The notes beneath the pieces are model-generated. The model saw only the letters and a list, made by a program, of their open reading frames with translations, was not told where the DNA came from and did no database searches. Shown here one piece after another: positions 49,414 to 60,650 of a stretch of 64,000 bases of DNA. The first letter of the stretch is position 1, and each line of letters begins with the position of its first letter. The stretch is from an uncultured Flavobacteriales bacterium (lineage in GTDB: Bacteria; Bacteroidota; Bacteroidia; Flavobacteriales_D; Parvicellaceae), in the NCBI GenBank assembly GCA_943788755.1, contig CALSRM010000002.1, positions 91,505-155,504 of the forward strand, in the 5' to 3' direction. The translations under genes were made by a program, and so were the position numbers.

Positions 49414-51795
49414 ATGAAAGTATTGATCTTCACTATTCTTTTCTTGCTTCCAAGCTTATTTTGGGGGCAAAATATTTATTCAGGTATAGTAATAGATAGT
49501 GATACTAAGGAGCCTTTGCCATTTGTTAACATTAGAATAGGAAGTTCTCAAAATGGTTTTACAACTGATATTGATGGCGTATTTGAATATGAATCAAGTG
49601 GAAAAATTGAAAATTTCGAATTTAGTTACCTCGGATATGAAAAGCTAAAACAAACATTGGAGGTTATTGTGCAGAATACCGTTTTTTTGACAAAAAATTC
49701 AATTGGACTAGAAGAGGTTGTAATTGATGCAGACTATAATCCTGCTTTATCCATTATCAAAAAGGTAATCCATAATAGAAGGTCAAATAATCCAGAGAAA
49801 AATTTAGATTTCTATTATGAAAGTTATAATAAGTTGACACTCGGTGCAGAACTAGATTCTTCGAAATCTACTTCCGAAGATTCTAGTTATCTAATGATGC
49901 AACAATTTTTTGCAAATCAAAATTTGATGTTAATTGAAACTGTGGTCGAAACGTATCATAAAGCACCTAATAAAACGAAAGATATTGTAATTGCAACACG
50001 TACAAGTGGCTTGCAAAATACGATGGTGCCAATGTTGGCTACCGAATTACAAGCTTTTAGTTTTTACAATACCTTTTTTACCCTAAGTAATGTTCAATAC
50101 ATATCTCCTATTACAAATGAGGGGTTCTCAAAATATAACTATAAGCTGCTGGATGAGTATGTCGAGAATTCTGATACTGTATTTGTTGTTTCGTTTTGGC
50201 CAAAAGAGAAACGTATTTTTAAAGCTATGGAGGGAGTGTTAAATATTTCTTCTGATAAATATGGAGTAAAAAATGTAATTGCAAAACCGGTAAATCCGAA
50301 AGGGTCTATGGAGATTCAAATAAATCAAAAATACCAACGAATAAATGGTGTTTGGTTTCCAGAGCAGTTGAACTCGAATTTAGTCTTCAGGAATTTGAGT
50401 GTGGGGGGCCTAGATATGATAGGAAAGTCGGTTTCTTATCTAAAAAACATCAATCTAAACCCTAGTGATGATGAATTAAAGTTTGGAGATATTACTTTGG
50501 AGATGGATATTAAAGATAAAATGCAAAATGACAGTTCACTCTCTAATTCCAGACATAATCCATTATCATTAAGAGATAGTCTTACTTATCAGGTAATAGA
50601 TAGTATTGGAGAAGAATTACATTTAGAGGAAAAAATGCTACTTATGGAGTCGCTATTAGATGGGAGGTTACCTTTTGGACCCATTGATTTTGATATGAAA
50701 AAGGCATTTGGCTATAGTGAATACGAAGGTTTTCGATTAGGAGCTGGTTTGTTTACAAATGATCGATTAACGAAAAAAATGAATATAGGCGGTTATTTTG
50801 GCTATGGTTTTAAAGATAAAGCGTGGAAATATGGAGGTGAATTGGATGTGAAGTTATGGCCAAAAAAGGGGGTAGGTTTAAATATTTCCTTGACAAATGA
50901 TATTAGTCAAGCTGGAAGTATGGAGATTGGAACCAATGAAAAACTTGGGAGCAATCAAAATTTGTATCGCTTTTATACAACTCTTTATGATCAGGATGTT
51001 AATTGGAAAGCAAGTCTTCGATTTAGAGTTAAGGGTGTTAAAGCAAAAATTATAGGGAAAATCCAACGATTAACACCACTTTACAATTATCAATTTGAAA
51101 AAATAACCGGTGAAAATACAGTTTTGGCAACTTCTGAATTTTATTATTCTTTAATAGGTGTTGAATTGTGCTATTCTCCATTTTCAAAAGTAATGTATAA
51201 TGGAAGTAGATTAGTTGATATTTCTTCAAAGTATCCCGTCTTTAATTTAAGTTTTCAGCAAACAATACCTTATCTAACTACCAATGATTTTCAGCGTTTA
51301 TTGGTGAAGGTTACGGACAATTTTTCATTGCCATTTATAGGTAAATCAAATTTTGCGCTTATTGGCGGATTAGTTTCACAAGAGGTACCTTTTTCTTATT
51401 TGTTTAATCAGCAAGGAACGAAAGAAAATTTTGAACTATCGGTTTTCGAAAGTTTCGAAACGATGTATGTCAATGAATTTTATGCCTCTGCATTTATAAA
51501 CGCATTTTGGGAACATAATTTTGGAACATTGCTAAAGAAGGGAATGTTTCAGCCTGAGTTAGCTTTTTATCAAGGAATGGGGTTTGGAGATAGAGCAAAA
51601 GTGAATTACCATGCTCAGCTTGAAGGTAAAACTATGGAAAAAGGTTTTTATGAGTCTGGGGTGAAAATTCATAACATAATACACGTTTCAACAGGTGGTT
51701 TTGGATTTGGAATATTTTATCGATATGGACCTTATTTACTTGATAAACAGAAGGACAACTTCACCTATAAAATCACGATTTCACTTGGATTTTAA
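49414..51795 (+). CDS. CarboxypepD_reg-like + DUF5686-like outer-membrane protein
   Basis: Signal peptide. GIVIDSDTKEPLPFVNIRI...TTDIDGVFEY is a carboxypeptidase-regulatory-like fold motif. Long beta-rich remainder. Confidence 0.65.
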   Translation: MKVLIFTILFLLPSLFWGQNIYSGIVIDSDTKEPLPFVNIRIGSSQNGFTTDIDGVFEYESSGKIENFEFSYLGYEKLKQTLEVIVQNTVFLTKNSIGLEEVVIDADYNPALSIIKKVIHNRRSNNPEKNLDFYYESYNKLTLGAELDSSKSTSEDSSYLMMQQFFANQNLMLIETVVETYHKAPNKTKDIVIATRTSGLQNTMVPMLATELQAFSFYNTFFTLSNVQYISPITNEGFSKYNYKLLDEYVENSDTVFVVSFWPKEKRIFKAMEGVLNISSDKYGVKNVIAKPVNPKGSMEIQINQKYQRINGVWFPEQLNSNLVFRNLSVGGLDMIGKSVSYLKNINLNPSDDELKFGDITLEMDIKDKMQNDSSLSNSRHNPLSLRDSLTYQVIDSIGEELHLEEKMLLMESLLDGRLPFGPIDFDMKKAFGYSEYEGFRLGAGLFTNDRLTKKMNIGGYFGYGFKDKAWKYGGELDVKLWPKKGVGLNISLTNDISQAGSMEIGTNEKLGSNQNLYRFYTTLYDQDVNWKASLRFRVKGVKAKIIGKIQRLTPLYNYQFEKITGENTVLATSEFYYSLIGVELCYSPFSKVMYNGSRLVDISSKYPVFNLSFQQTIPYLTTNDFQRLLVKVTDNFSLPFIGKSNFALIGGLVSQEVPFSYLFNQQGTKENFELSVFESFETMYVNEFYASAFINAFWEHNFGTLLKKGMFQPELAFYQGMGFGDRAKVNYHAQLEGKTMEKGFYESGVKIHNIIHVSTGGFGFGIFYRYGPYLLDKQKDNFTYKITISLGF

Positions 51796-51884
51796 TAATA
51801 CCATTCATTGCGATTTTTATATATGTTTTTAATAAATAATTCAGTAGATTTGCTAGCTGTTCTTGATAAAAGAAGAAACACCCT

Positions 51885-54461
51885 ATGTGGCAGAAAGTAG
51901 CAAAAGGTATATTACGAAATAGGTTAGCAATTCTTATTGGAATTCTATGTCTTACGCTGTTTCTAGGATATTTTACTAAGTCCATACGAATTATGTATGA
52001 ATTTGGGGGGCTACTTCCAAAGACAGATTCTACCAATATTGTTTACCAAGAATTTAGAAAAGATTTCGGACAAGATGGATTAGTTGTTGTAATTGCAAAT
52101 ACAAGTGAGGATTTCTATGAAAAGGATAATTTTAGGGATTGGTATGAGCTCGGAAACCGATTGAAAAAGCTAAAAGTACATATTGCAGGAACACCAGCTG
52201 GAGATTCGGTATCAGCTATTGATTCGGTGTTTTCTGAAGCACATTTATTCAATGTTCACAAAAACACTTTAGATAAAACATTCGAATTAAATCCATTATT
52301 TACCAATTTTCCAAAAAACCAAAAAGCGGTAGATAGTATTCGGAATGTGGTTTATTCTCTCCCTTTTTATCGCAACATGATTTATAAGGATAGTTCTAAC
52401 CTTCATATTATGATGGTTTTTGTAAATGAGCCTATCTTTAATTCAAAAAACAGAGGTTCTTTAGTTTTTGATATTGCTGCGATAGCTGAAGAATATACTG
52501 ATTCTTTAGGAGAATTTAAGTATTCAGGATTGCCATATATACGCTCTGTCACTATGAAAAAGGTCACAGATGAATTATCCATTTTTATATTGTTAACCAT
52601 ATTAATTACCTCTCTGTTGCTGTTTATGTTCTTTAGATCTGTAAAGGTCGTTTTAGTTTCAATGGTTGTTGTGATTATTGGTGTTATTTGGTCTGTTGGT
52701 TCTATTGGTTTGATTGGTTTTGAGTTAACAGGTTTAATGGGGTTAATTCCTCCTTTAATGATTGTTATTGGAATTCCAAATTGCATTTATCTAATAAATA
52801 AATATCAGCAAGAATTTAAAATTCATGGGAATAAGGCAAAAGCACTTTCTCGTGCGATTGGAAAAGTTGGGAATGCAACCTTGTTGACGAATGCTACCAC
52901 GGCAATGGGTTTTGGGACATTTGTTTTTACTAAAGCAGATATGATGAAGGAGTTTGGAATAATTGCTGCCATAAATATTTTAGCAATGTTTTTCTTGTCA
53001 ATATTAATTGTTCCCATTATATATAGTTATTTAGGGGCTCCACAAGAAAAACATGTTAAACACCTCGACAAAAAATGGCTTTATGTGGTTGTTGATAGGT
53101 TGGTGCTTTGGACAACTAAATATCGAAAACTTGTTTATATAATCACGGTTGCTATTATTGCTGTAGGGTTGTATGGGATGTCGCTAATGCGATTATCAGG
53201 AAACATAGTAGATGATCTTCCTAAACATGATGTTGTTGTTCAGGATTTGAAATTTTATGAAGAACAGCTTAATGGAGTAATGCCATTTGAATTAGTGTTT
53301 AAATCACAAGACACGATATACAAGGATTTGAATTTACTGAAGAAAATCGATTCCGTACAGAAAACTTTATTGACAGAGGATAAGCTGTCAAAATCGATTT
53401 CCATTGTTGATGCTGTAAAATATTTAAATCAGGTTTATAAGGGAGGAAAAGAAAAGCATTATCGATTGCATCTAAAAACTTTAGGAAAAATAAAGGACAA
53501 AGGATACTTCGAGAATACATTTAAGGTGAATAGTTCCCAGTCAGATACATCAGGGAGATTAGTAAATGGTTTCTTGGACTCAACCATGCATAAAACCAGA
53601 GTAACTGTGCAAATTGCTGATATAGGAACGGATTCTATGTCTGCTCTCGTGGAAAGGGTTGAAGCAAAAATCGATAAAATAATTTTTGCGGAGGTTAATA
53701 TGTTAAATCAGGCCTTTTCTGAAAGTAATTTTGATAAAAGAGATACTATTTTGAAGAATCTTTATAATGATTATAGTTATGTAATCTATAATTTGAAACA
53801 ACGGCTAATAGCAGAGAACCCTAGTTTGGAGGGTGTATTTGATGCAGAATTTGAGGAAGATACAATATATTCTTTTCACCGGGAGATTGGATTTGAGGAT
53901 TTGATTCGAAGTGTAGTGAAAGAATCTCAAAATGAATATTACATTACCGGTACCGGTATTCAGTTTACTACTGGAACGACTTATTTGGTGAAAAATCTTT
54001 TTATAAGTCTTGCAATAGCCATTTTTGTAATTGCGATCTTAATGTCTTTTTTATTCCGCTCCTGGAGAATGGTTTTAGTATCACTGCTGCCCAATTTAGT
54101 TCCACTAATAATAACAGCTGCTATTATGGGGTTTGCTGGTATCCCAATAAAGCCATCTACGATACTAGTATTTAGTATAGCTTTTGGGATTTCAGTAGAT
54201 GATACAATTCACTTTTTAGCAAAGTATAGAATGGAACTCAAAACAAGTAAATGGAATATTAAACAAGCTGTTCTTATTGCCTTAAGAGAAACGGGTGTTA
54301 GCATGATCTACACCTCAATAATTTTATTCTTTGGATTTGGAATTTTTGTTGCATCGGATTTTGGAGGAACGCAAGCACTTGGTTTATTGGTAGCAACAAC
54401 ATTGTTCACGGCAATGCTTGCTAATTTGGTGTTACTTCCTTCACTTGTTATTATCTCTTGA
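51885..54461 (+). CDS. MMPL/RND-superfamily exporter (COG1033-like); the C-terminal tail probably continues in the +1 frame to 54555
   Basis: Two 6-TM bundles separated by soluble domains. After about 54447 the +1 frame reads LLSLEKRITTKAFKEPLLELFDEEEDIEFEELKIK* without a stop. Confidence 0.82.
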   Translation: MWQKVAKGILRNRLAILIGILCLTLFLGYFTKSIRIMYEFGGLLPKTDSTNIVYQEFRKDFGQDGLVVVIANTSEDFYEKDNFRDWYELGNRLKKLKVHIAGTPAGDSVSAIDSVFSEAHLFNVHKNTLDKTFELNPLFTNFPKNQKAVDSIRNVVYSLPFYRNMIYKDSSNLHIMMVFVNEPIFNSKNRGSLVFDIAAIAEEYTDSLGEFKYSGLPYIRSVTMKKVTDELSIFILLTILITSLLLFMFFRSVKVVLVSMVVVIIGVIWSVGSIGLIGFELTGLMGLIPPLMIVIGIPNCIYLINKYQQEFKIHGNKAKALSRAIGKVGNATLLTNATTAMGFGTFVFTKADMMKEFGIIAAINILAMFFLSILIVPIIYSYLGAPQEKHVKHLDKKWLYVVVDRLVLWTTKYRKLVYIITVAIIAVGLYGMSLMRLSGNIVDDLPKHDVVVQDLKFYEEQLNGVMPFELVFKSQDTIYKDLNLLKKIDSVQKTLLTEDKLSKSISIVDAVKYLNQVYKGGKEKHYRLHLKTLGKIKDKGYFENTFKVNSSQSDTSGRLVNGFLDSTMHKTRVTVQIADIGTDSMSALVERVEAKIDKIIFAEVNMLNQAFSESNFDKRDTILKNLYNDYSYVIYNLKQRLIAENPSLEGVFDAEFEEDTIYSFHREIGFEDLIRSVVKESQNEYYITGTGIQFTTGTTYLVKNLFISLAIAIFVIAILMSFLFRSWRMVLVSLLPNLVPLIITAAIMGFAGIPIKPSTILVFSIAFGISVDDTIHFLAKYRMELKTSKWNIKQAVLIALRETGVSMIYTSIILFFGFGIFVASDFGGTQALGLLVATTLFTAMLANLVLLPSLVIIS

Positions 54462-54558
54462 AAAAAGGATAACTACCAAAGCATTTAAAGAACCTCTTCT
54501 AGAATTATTCGATGAAGAAGAAGATATAGAGTTTGAAGAACTGAAAATTAAATAAATC

Positions 54559-55422
54559 ATGAAAGGAATTATATTAGCAGGTGGATCTGGAACAAGACTT
54601 CATCCTTTGACATTAGCAGTTAGTAAACAACTAATGCCGGTTTACAATAAGCCGATGATTTACTACCCTCTTTCTACGCTAATGATTGCAGGAATAAATG
54701 AAATATTGATAATTACAACACCCCATGATCAGCTTGCTTTTCAGATTTTGTTGGGCGATGGAAAAAAATTGGGTTGTAAGTTTACTTACGCTGTTCAGTC
54801 AGAACCAAATGGTTTGGCGCAAGCCTTTGTTATTGGTAAACAATTTATTGGGAAAGAGAAAGTGGCGTTAGTTTTAGGAGATAATATATTCTTTGGTACT
54901 GGAATGGGTAAATTGTTACGATCAAGTCAAAATCCAGAAGGAGGTCTTGTTTTTGCTTATCATGTTTCTGACCCAGAAAGATATGGTGTTGTTGATTTTG
55001 ATGATGAAAACAAGGTTTTATCTATTGAAGAAAAACCTGAAAACCCGAAATCAAATTATGCTGTACCTGGTTTGTATTTTTATGACAATGATGTTGTAGA
55101 GATTGCAGAAAATTTAGAGCCTAGTTCTCGAGGAGAATATGAAATTACAGATGTCAATAAAGAATATTTGCGAAGAGGTAAGCTCAAAGTTCAAACACTT
55201 GAAAGGGGAACAGCGTGGTTAGATACCGGGACTTTCACTTCTTTAATGCAAGCGAGTAGTTATGTTCAAACTATCGAAGAAAGACAAGGTCTAGGTGTAG
55301 GGTGTATTGAGGCTGTAGCCCATGCAAGAGGGTATATAAATGATGAGCAATTAAAGGAAATAGCGCTACCATTGTTAAAGAGTGGTTATGGAAAATACTT
55401 GATGAGTTTGATAAAGGAGTAA
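54559..55422 (+). CDS. rfbA: glucose-1-phosphate thymidylyltransferase
   Basis: [18 protein letters not shown]...SKQLMPVY is the canonical RmlA start. Confidence 0.93.
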   Translation: MKGIILAGGSGTRLHPLTLAVSKQLMPVYNKPMIYYPLSTLMIAGINEILIITTPHDQLAFQILLGDGKKLGCKFTYAVQSEPNGLAQAFVIGKQFIGKEKVALVLGDNIFFGTGMGKLLRSSQNPEGGLVFAYHVSDPERYGVVDFDDENKVLSIEEKPENPKSNYAVPGLYFYDNDVVEIAENLEPSSRGEYEITDVNKEYLRRGKLKVQTLERGTAWLDTGTFTSLMQASSYVQTIEERQGLGVGCIEAVAHARGYINDEQLKEIALPLLKSGYGKYLMSLIKE

Positions 55423-56390
55423 TGAAGGAGATAGGAGAATATCAAGATATTGTTTTTAAAGAAATAGAGAAGTTTCAAAAGGGGAATAAAGATTTTTCTC
55501 TTTACGAACCGGTTAATTATATTCTTGATTTAGGAGGTAAAAGGTTAAGGCCTGTATTGACTTTATTAGCGACTGATCTGTTTGAAGGTACTATTGCTGA
55601 TTCAATTAAACCAGCATTGGGAATTGAAGTGTTTCATAATTTTACGCTTTTACATGATGATATCATGGATAACGCCCCTGTAAGAAGAGGTAAGGCTGCA
55701 GTTCATGAGAAATGGAATGTTAACGCAGCTATTCTTTCTGGCGATGTAATGTTTGTTCAAGCATTTATTTTAGTTACATCTTGTAAAAATGAATTCCTTC
55801 GGGATGTTTTGGACTTATTTAATATAACTGCGGTAGAAGTATGTGAAGGGCAACAGCATGATATGGACTTCGAGTCTAGGAATGATGTAAGTATCGATGA
55901 GTATATAGAAATGATTCGCTTAAAAACGTCGGTATTGGTCGCCTGTGCTCTTAAGCTAGGTGCTATTTTAGCAGGTGCGCCAAAACAAGATGCTGAAAAA
56001 TTATATGAATTCGGATTGAGTTTAGGCATTGCTTTTCAAATTAAAGATGATATTTTGGATGTCTTTGGAGATGCTTCTTTAGTGGGGAAAAAAGTAGGTG
56101 GAGATATTTTAGCAAATAAAAAGACGTATTTGTTATTGAGAGCACTAGAAGATGCGGATGAAAGTCAAAATGTCACTTTAAAAAATTGGCTTTCAAAAGA
56201 AGGTGGTGCAGATAAAGTAGAGGCGGTTACCGAAATTTTTGAAGCATTATCTGTTAAAGAGAAAGCAGATGAAGTTATGGATGGCTATTACCAAAAATCA
56301 ATAGAAGCTTTAGATTCTATCCAAATTGATCCTTCCAAGAAGCAGTATTTATACGACTTTGCAGCAAGCCTAATGAACAGAAATTTTTAG
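55422..56390 (+). CDS. polyprenyl diphosphate synthase
   Basis: FARM (LLHDDIMDN) and SARM (KDDILD) aspartate-rich motifs. Confidence 0.88.
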   Translation: MKEIGEYQDIVFKEIEKFQKGNKDFSLYEPVNYILDLGGKRLRPVLTLLATDLFEGTIADSIKPALGIEVFHNFTLLHDDIMDNAPVRRGKAAVHEKWNVNAAILSGDVMFVQAFILVTSCKNEFLRDVLDLFNITAVEVCEGQQHDMDFESRNDVSIDEYIEMIRLKTSVLVACALKLGAILAGAPKQDAEKLYEFGLSLGIAFQIKDDILDVFGDASLVGKKVGGDILANKKTYLLLRALEDADESQNVTLKNWLSKEGGADKVEAVTEIFEALSVKEKADEVMDGYYQKSIEALDSIQIDPSKKQYLYDFAASLMNRNF

Positions 56391-56545
56391 ATTTAGGTTC
56401 TTGTTTAGGGTAGTTTAATGATTTTTTACAGTTTTATTAGCACTATGTATTTACTGTAAAAAATGGAGAAGATAATGGGTTTAATTAAATGGAGCTCTTT
56501 CAATTAAAAAAAGGCTAAACTATTAGCTTTTGAATAGAGTAAAAA

Positions 56546-57061
56546 CTAAAAACCGACTTTTTTCATAGGTTTTGTAATCTCTTCTTTAGCGGCAATCATT
56601 TTTATACATGCAATAGCACATTCAATACCTTTATTACCGTGCTTACCTCCAGAACGGTCAATAGCTTGCTGCATCGTATTGTCTGTAAGGACACCAAAGA
56701 TTACCGGTTTGTTATATTTAAGACTAACATCCATAACACCTTGAGTAACTCCGTGACAAACAAAGTCAAAATGTTTTGTTTCTCCTTGAATAACACTTCC
56801 TAAAGCTATTACACCATCAATTTTTAAATGTTCTAAAAGATATTGAGCCCCAAGAGCCAATTCAAAAGAACCAGGCATATACTTTACAATAATGTTTTCT
56901 TCTTTAGCTTCATTTTCCTTTAAAGCTGCTATCGCTCCTTCCAAAAGTCCATTTGTAATTGTATCATTCCATTCAGAAACAACAATCCCGAACCGCATAT
57001 TAGATGCGTTCGGGATTGAATCTTTATCGTAATTTGATAGGTTTTTTTCTGCGGTAGCCAT
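56546..57061 (-). CDS. ribH: 6,7-dimethyl-8-ribityllumazine synthase
   Basis: RFGIVVSEWN, VPGSFEL-like (MPGSFELA), GNKG.E. Confidence 0.92.
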   Translation of the reverse strand: MATAEKNLSNYDKDSIPNASNMRFGIVVSEWNDTITNGLLEGAIAALKENEAKEENIIVKYMPGSFELALGAQYLLEHLKIDGVIALGSVIQGETKHFDFVCHGVTQGVMDVSLKYNKPVIFGVLTDNTMQQAIDRSGGKHGNKGIECAIACIKMIAAKEEITKPMKKVGF

Positions 57062-57798
57062 TACAGGTTATAAATAGATTTTTCTTTTTTCGCTAATTCA
57101 ATGTATTTTTTTGCCTTGTTCACCTCAGGTACTAATGGGTACTTTTTTATTAACTCTTCGTAAATTTTGACAGCATCTTCATATTTGTTTTCTGTTTCTT
57201 TAGCATAAGCAGCCTTCAACATATATATCGGTGCAGTTAAATCATTCTTAGAATTAGTATAGGCTTTTTCGTAATATTCCGCAGCAGAAGTAATATTTCC
57301 TAATTCGATGTAAGCATCACCGATAGCTCCAAATGTAATTGAAGCAATCATTTCGTCTTCAAAAGTAACTTGTTCTAAAGCGTTTATAGCTTCTTGATAT
57401 TGTCCATTGTTTAAGTAAGCTATCCCTAATTCATATTGTGCAAGATCACCTCCAGAATAACCACTGTAACTTTCTACAACAGATTTTAATCCCGCATTAC
57501 CTATTGAGTCTCCTGTTATAGCAGCATTCCAGTTTTGTTCATTCAATAATGCGTATTCACCATGCCACAATGCTTCTTGCGACTTTAAATCAGCTGGTTT
57601 GTAGATAAATTGATTGTAAAAGAAAAGGCCTATTATTACTAGAACTATACCACCACCAATGATGGATATACCTTTTTTATTTTTATCAAGAAAACCAGCT
57701 CCATGCGCTATTGGAGAGTCGGAATTTAAAAGGGCATCCTTTAAACTTTCCTTTGGTTTAGCTTCTACTTCTGTGTATTCAATTTCTTCTTCTGCCAT
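57061..57798 (-). CDS. tetratricopeptide-repeat membrane-anchored protein
   Basis: One TM segment, then TPR-like repeats (YELGIAYLNNGQYQEAI...). Its stop overlaps the ribH start. Confidence 0.65.
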   Translation of the reverse strand: MAEEEIEYTEVEAKPKESLKDALLNSDSPIAHGAGFLDKNKKGISIIGGGIVLVIIGLFFYNQFIYKPADLKSQEALWHGEYALLNEQNWNAAITGDSIGNAGLKSVVESYSGYSGGDLAQYELGIAYLNNGQYQEAINALEQVTFEDEMIASITFGAIGDAYIELGNITSAAEYYEKAYTNSKNDLTAPIYMLKAAYAKETENKYEDAVKIYEELIKKYPLVPEVNKAKKYIELAKKEKSIYNL

Positions 57799-57932
57799 GA
57801 CTTATTTTATTCGACCCGCAAAAATAGTTTTTTTCGGGATATTTCTTAATGGAAATCAAGTAAATATTCAAAATGTAAAATGCTTTGGTTGATTTTTTTA
57901 AAATAAAGGAGAATATAAGTTAGTTTTGTGTT

Positions 57933-59057
57933 ATGCATTTAAATCATTTATCGCTTGTAAATTTTAAGAATTGTACGGAGTCATCTTTCGATTTTTCCAA
58001 TCGAGTTAACTGCTTTCTAGGAAATAATGGTGAGGGGAAAACGAATTTATTGGATGCGATTTACTATTTATCTAATTGCAAGAGTTATTTTAATTCTATA
58101 GATAGTCAAAATATAAAGTTTAATGAACCTTTTTTTGTTTTGCAAGGAAGGTTTGAACTGGAAGATGAGAAACTAGAAGAGATTTATTGTGGAGTGAAAA
58201 TTGGCCAAAAAAAAATAGTTAAAAAAAACAAAAAACAATACAAACGTCTCGCCGAACATGTTGGTTTATTGCCTGTAGTTTTAATTACACCCTATGATAG
58301 TAACCTTATTTTAGATGGTAGCGACATTCGGAGGAAGTTTATGGATATCATTATTTCTCAATTTGATAGAGCTTATTTGGAGAGTTTAATTCACTATAAT
58401 AAAGTAATGGCACAAAGAAATGCTTTACTAAAACAATTTGCAGAAAGTGGAAATTTTCAAAATGATGCATTAGAGATTTGGGATGTTCAATTGGTAGAGA
58501 AAGGGAAAACAATTCATCAGAAGCGAAAAGCTTTTCTAGAAGAATTTATTCCCGTTTTTAATCAGTTTTATCAAGATATTTCCAATAAAAGTGAAGAAGT
58601 AGGCTTAAATTATTCATCTCTATTAAATGAGGATGAGTTTGCCGTGCTGCTCGAGAATAATATAGTAAAAGATAGAAAGTCAACCTACACCAGTGTTGGT
58701 ATTCATAAGGATGATTTAGAATTTACAATCGCAGGTTATCCTCTCAAAAAGTTTGGTTCACAGGGGCAACAAAAGTCATTTTTAATCGCATTGAAGTTGG
58801 CAAAGTTTAATTATATCAAATCGAAAAAAGGTTTTTCTCCGATTCTATTATTAGATGATATATTTGATAAGTTGGACGAAACAAGAGTTAACTTTTTACT
58901 AGGGTTAATTTCAAAGAGAGAGTTGGGGCAAACTTTTATTACAGATACAAGTTTAGCTAAGGTTCCTGCAATATTAAAAAAGTTAAATGTGAATTTTAAA
59001 TCATTTAAAATAACAGCGGGTGAGGCAATAAATATTGATAGGGAAGAAATTGTATGA
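57933..59057 (+). CDS. recF: DNA replication/repair protein RecF
   Basis: N-terminal Walker A (GNNGEGKTNLLDAIYYL) and C-terminal LLLDDIFDKLD (Walker B/D-loop). Confidence 0.92.
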   Translation: MHLNHLSLVNFKNCTESSFDFSNRVNCFLGNNGEGKTNLLDAIYYLSNCKSYFNSIDSQNIKFNEPFFVLQGRFELEDEKLEEIYCGVKIGQKKIVKKNKKQYKRLAEHVGLLPVVLITPYDSNLILDGSDIRRKFMDIIISQFDRAYLESLIHYNKVMAQRNALLKQFAESGNFQNDALEIWDVQLVEKGKTIHQKRKAFLEEFIPVFNQFYQDISNKSEEVGLNYSSLLNEDEFAVLLENNIVKDRKSTYTSVGIHKDDLEFTIAGYPLKKFGSQGQQKSFLIALKLAKFNYIKSKKGFSPILLLDDIFDKLDETRVNFLLGLISKRELGQTFITDTSLAKVPAILKKLNVNFKSFKITAGEAINIDREEIV

Positions 59058-59350
59058 GCAAGAGAAATTCCAACGAAGAAACGATTGAAGACGTTATCAA
59101 GAAATTGATAAAGTCCTATGGGATGTCTAAAAATCATGATTCCTACCAAGCAGAAAACGCATTCAAGAAGGTGATGGGCGCTACAATATCGAAGTATACC
59201 AAGGAAGTCTATATAAAAAATAAAAGGATGTATGTGAAACTTACCTCTTCTGTTATTCGGGAAGAACTATCTATGGGTAAAAGCAAGATAGTTAATATGG
59301 TTAACGAAGACATAGGAAGAGTAGTTATCCTAGATATTGTTTTTGTTTAA
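59054..59350 (+). CDS. DUF721-like protein
   Basis: 98 aa with a 4-nt overlap with recF, the usual position for DUF721. Confidence 0.7.
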   Translation: MSKRNSNEETIEDVIKKLIKSYGMSKNHDSYQAENAFKKVMGATISKYTKEVYIKNKRMYVKLTSSVIREELSMGKSKIVNMVNEDIGRVVILDIVFV

Positions 59351-60579
59351 TGTTTTTTCTTTCCGTAAAACTTTTTCTTTCCTTGAAACTTCTTTCCGCC
59401 TCCGTTATTATTTTTCCCTTTTGAAGATGTTTTCCTCCATTCTGGTCCATCACCTAAAACTTCAGGAAGCTTAACTTTTGGTACTTCATTTTCAATTAGC
59501 GTTTCGATATTTCGAAACTTGTACATGTCGTCTGGGTTTATTAATGTGATAGCCACACCGGTGGTGTCCGCTCTGGCTGTTCTTCCAATTCGATGCACGT
59601 AATCCGCGGGGTTTCCCGGCACATCATAATTGATCACCAAGTTAATGTCTTTTATGTCAATTCCACGGCTAATAACATCGGTAGCGACTAAAACTCTCAC
59701 TTTTTTAGTAGTAAATGCCATTAAAACATCCTCTCTTTCTTGCTGCTCTAAATCTGAGGAGATGCCCTTGACTTCAAAATTATTTCCACGCAAAGACCTA
59801 ACTATATCATTTACTTTTCGCTTTGTTGAAGTAAAAATTAAAATACTTTTATATTCGTCTTTTCCTTTAATTAAAGAGCTAATTAAAGGTGTTTTTTGAT
59901 TGTCAAAAGTTAAATAAGCAGCTTGTAAAACACCTTCCGAAGGTTTCGATATTTCGATACTGACTTCAAAAGGATTAGTAAGAAATCGTTTTGCTAAATC
60001 TCTAATTTTAGGTGGCATGGTAGCACTAAACATTAAGTTTTGCCTTTTTTCCGGTAAGAAAGATATAATTCGACAGATGTCTTCGTAAAAACCCATATCT
60101 AACATTCTATCGGCTTCATCGAAAATCAAGTTTTCGATTGTACTGACGTTTATGCTTTTCATGATTAGGTGAGAAATCAATTTCCCAGGAGTTGCTATAA
60201 TAATATCAACACCTTTGTCCATTGCTTTCTTTTGTTCTTTCCAGTCACCCGCTTTTCCTCCTCCATATAAACAAATTGAAGTAGCTCCTGTAAAATAAGC
60301 TAATCCTTGTATTTGTTGGTCTATCTGTAAGGCCAATTCTCTTGTAGGCACAATGATTAGCGTACTTGTGTTTTTATAATCCTTTTCTAATATTTTATTA
60401 AGAATAGGAAGTACAAATGCCGCTGTTTTACCGGTTCCTGTTTGAGCACATCCAATAATGTCTCTTCCTTTTAATACTTCTGGAATAGCTTGTTCCTGAA
60501 TAGGGGTGGCTTTTTCAAAGCCCATACAAGAAAGACCTTCTAATACGAGTTCGTGTAAACCTATTTCTTCAAATGTCAT
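59347..60579 (-). CDS. DEAD-box ATP-dependent RNA helicase
   Basis: AQTGTGKT, DEAD, SAT and HRIGRTAR motifs, with a Lys/Gly-rich tail. Confidence 0.9.
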   Translation of the reverse strand: MTFEEIGLHELVLEGLSCMGFEKATPIQEQAIPEVLKGRDIIGCAQTGTGKTAAFVLPILNKILEKDYKNTSTLIIVPTRELALQIDQQIQGLAYFTGATSICLYGGGKAGDWKEQKKAMDKGVDIIIATPGKLISHLIMKSINVSTIENLIFDEADRMLDMGFYEDICRIISFLPEKRQNLMFSATMPPKIRDLAKRFLTNPFEVSIEISKPSEGVLQAAYLTFDNQKTPLISSLIKGKDEYKSILIFTSTKRKVNDIVRSLRGNNFEVKGISSDLEQQEREDVLMAFTTKKVRVLVATDVISRGIDIKDINLVINYDVPGNPADYVHRIGRTARADTTGVAITLINPDDMYKFRNIETLIENEVPKVKLPEVLGDGPEWRKTSSKGKNNNGGGKKFQGKKKFYGKKKH

Positions 60580-60650
60580 GTTGGAAAGGTCTTGTTATTT
60601 TTCGAATAAAACAAATGCGCTTATAATTGTTATATACTTTGAATTGTTGG

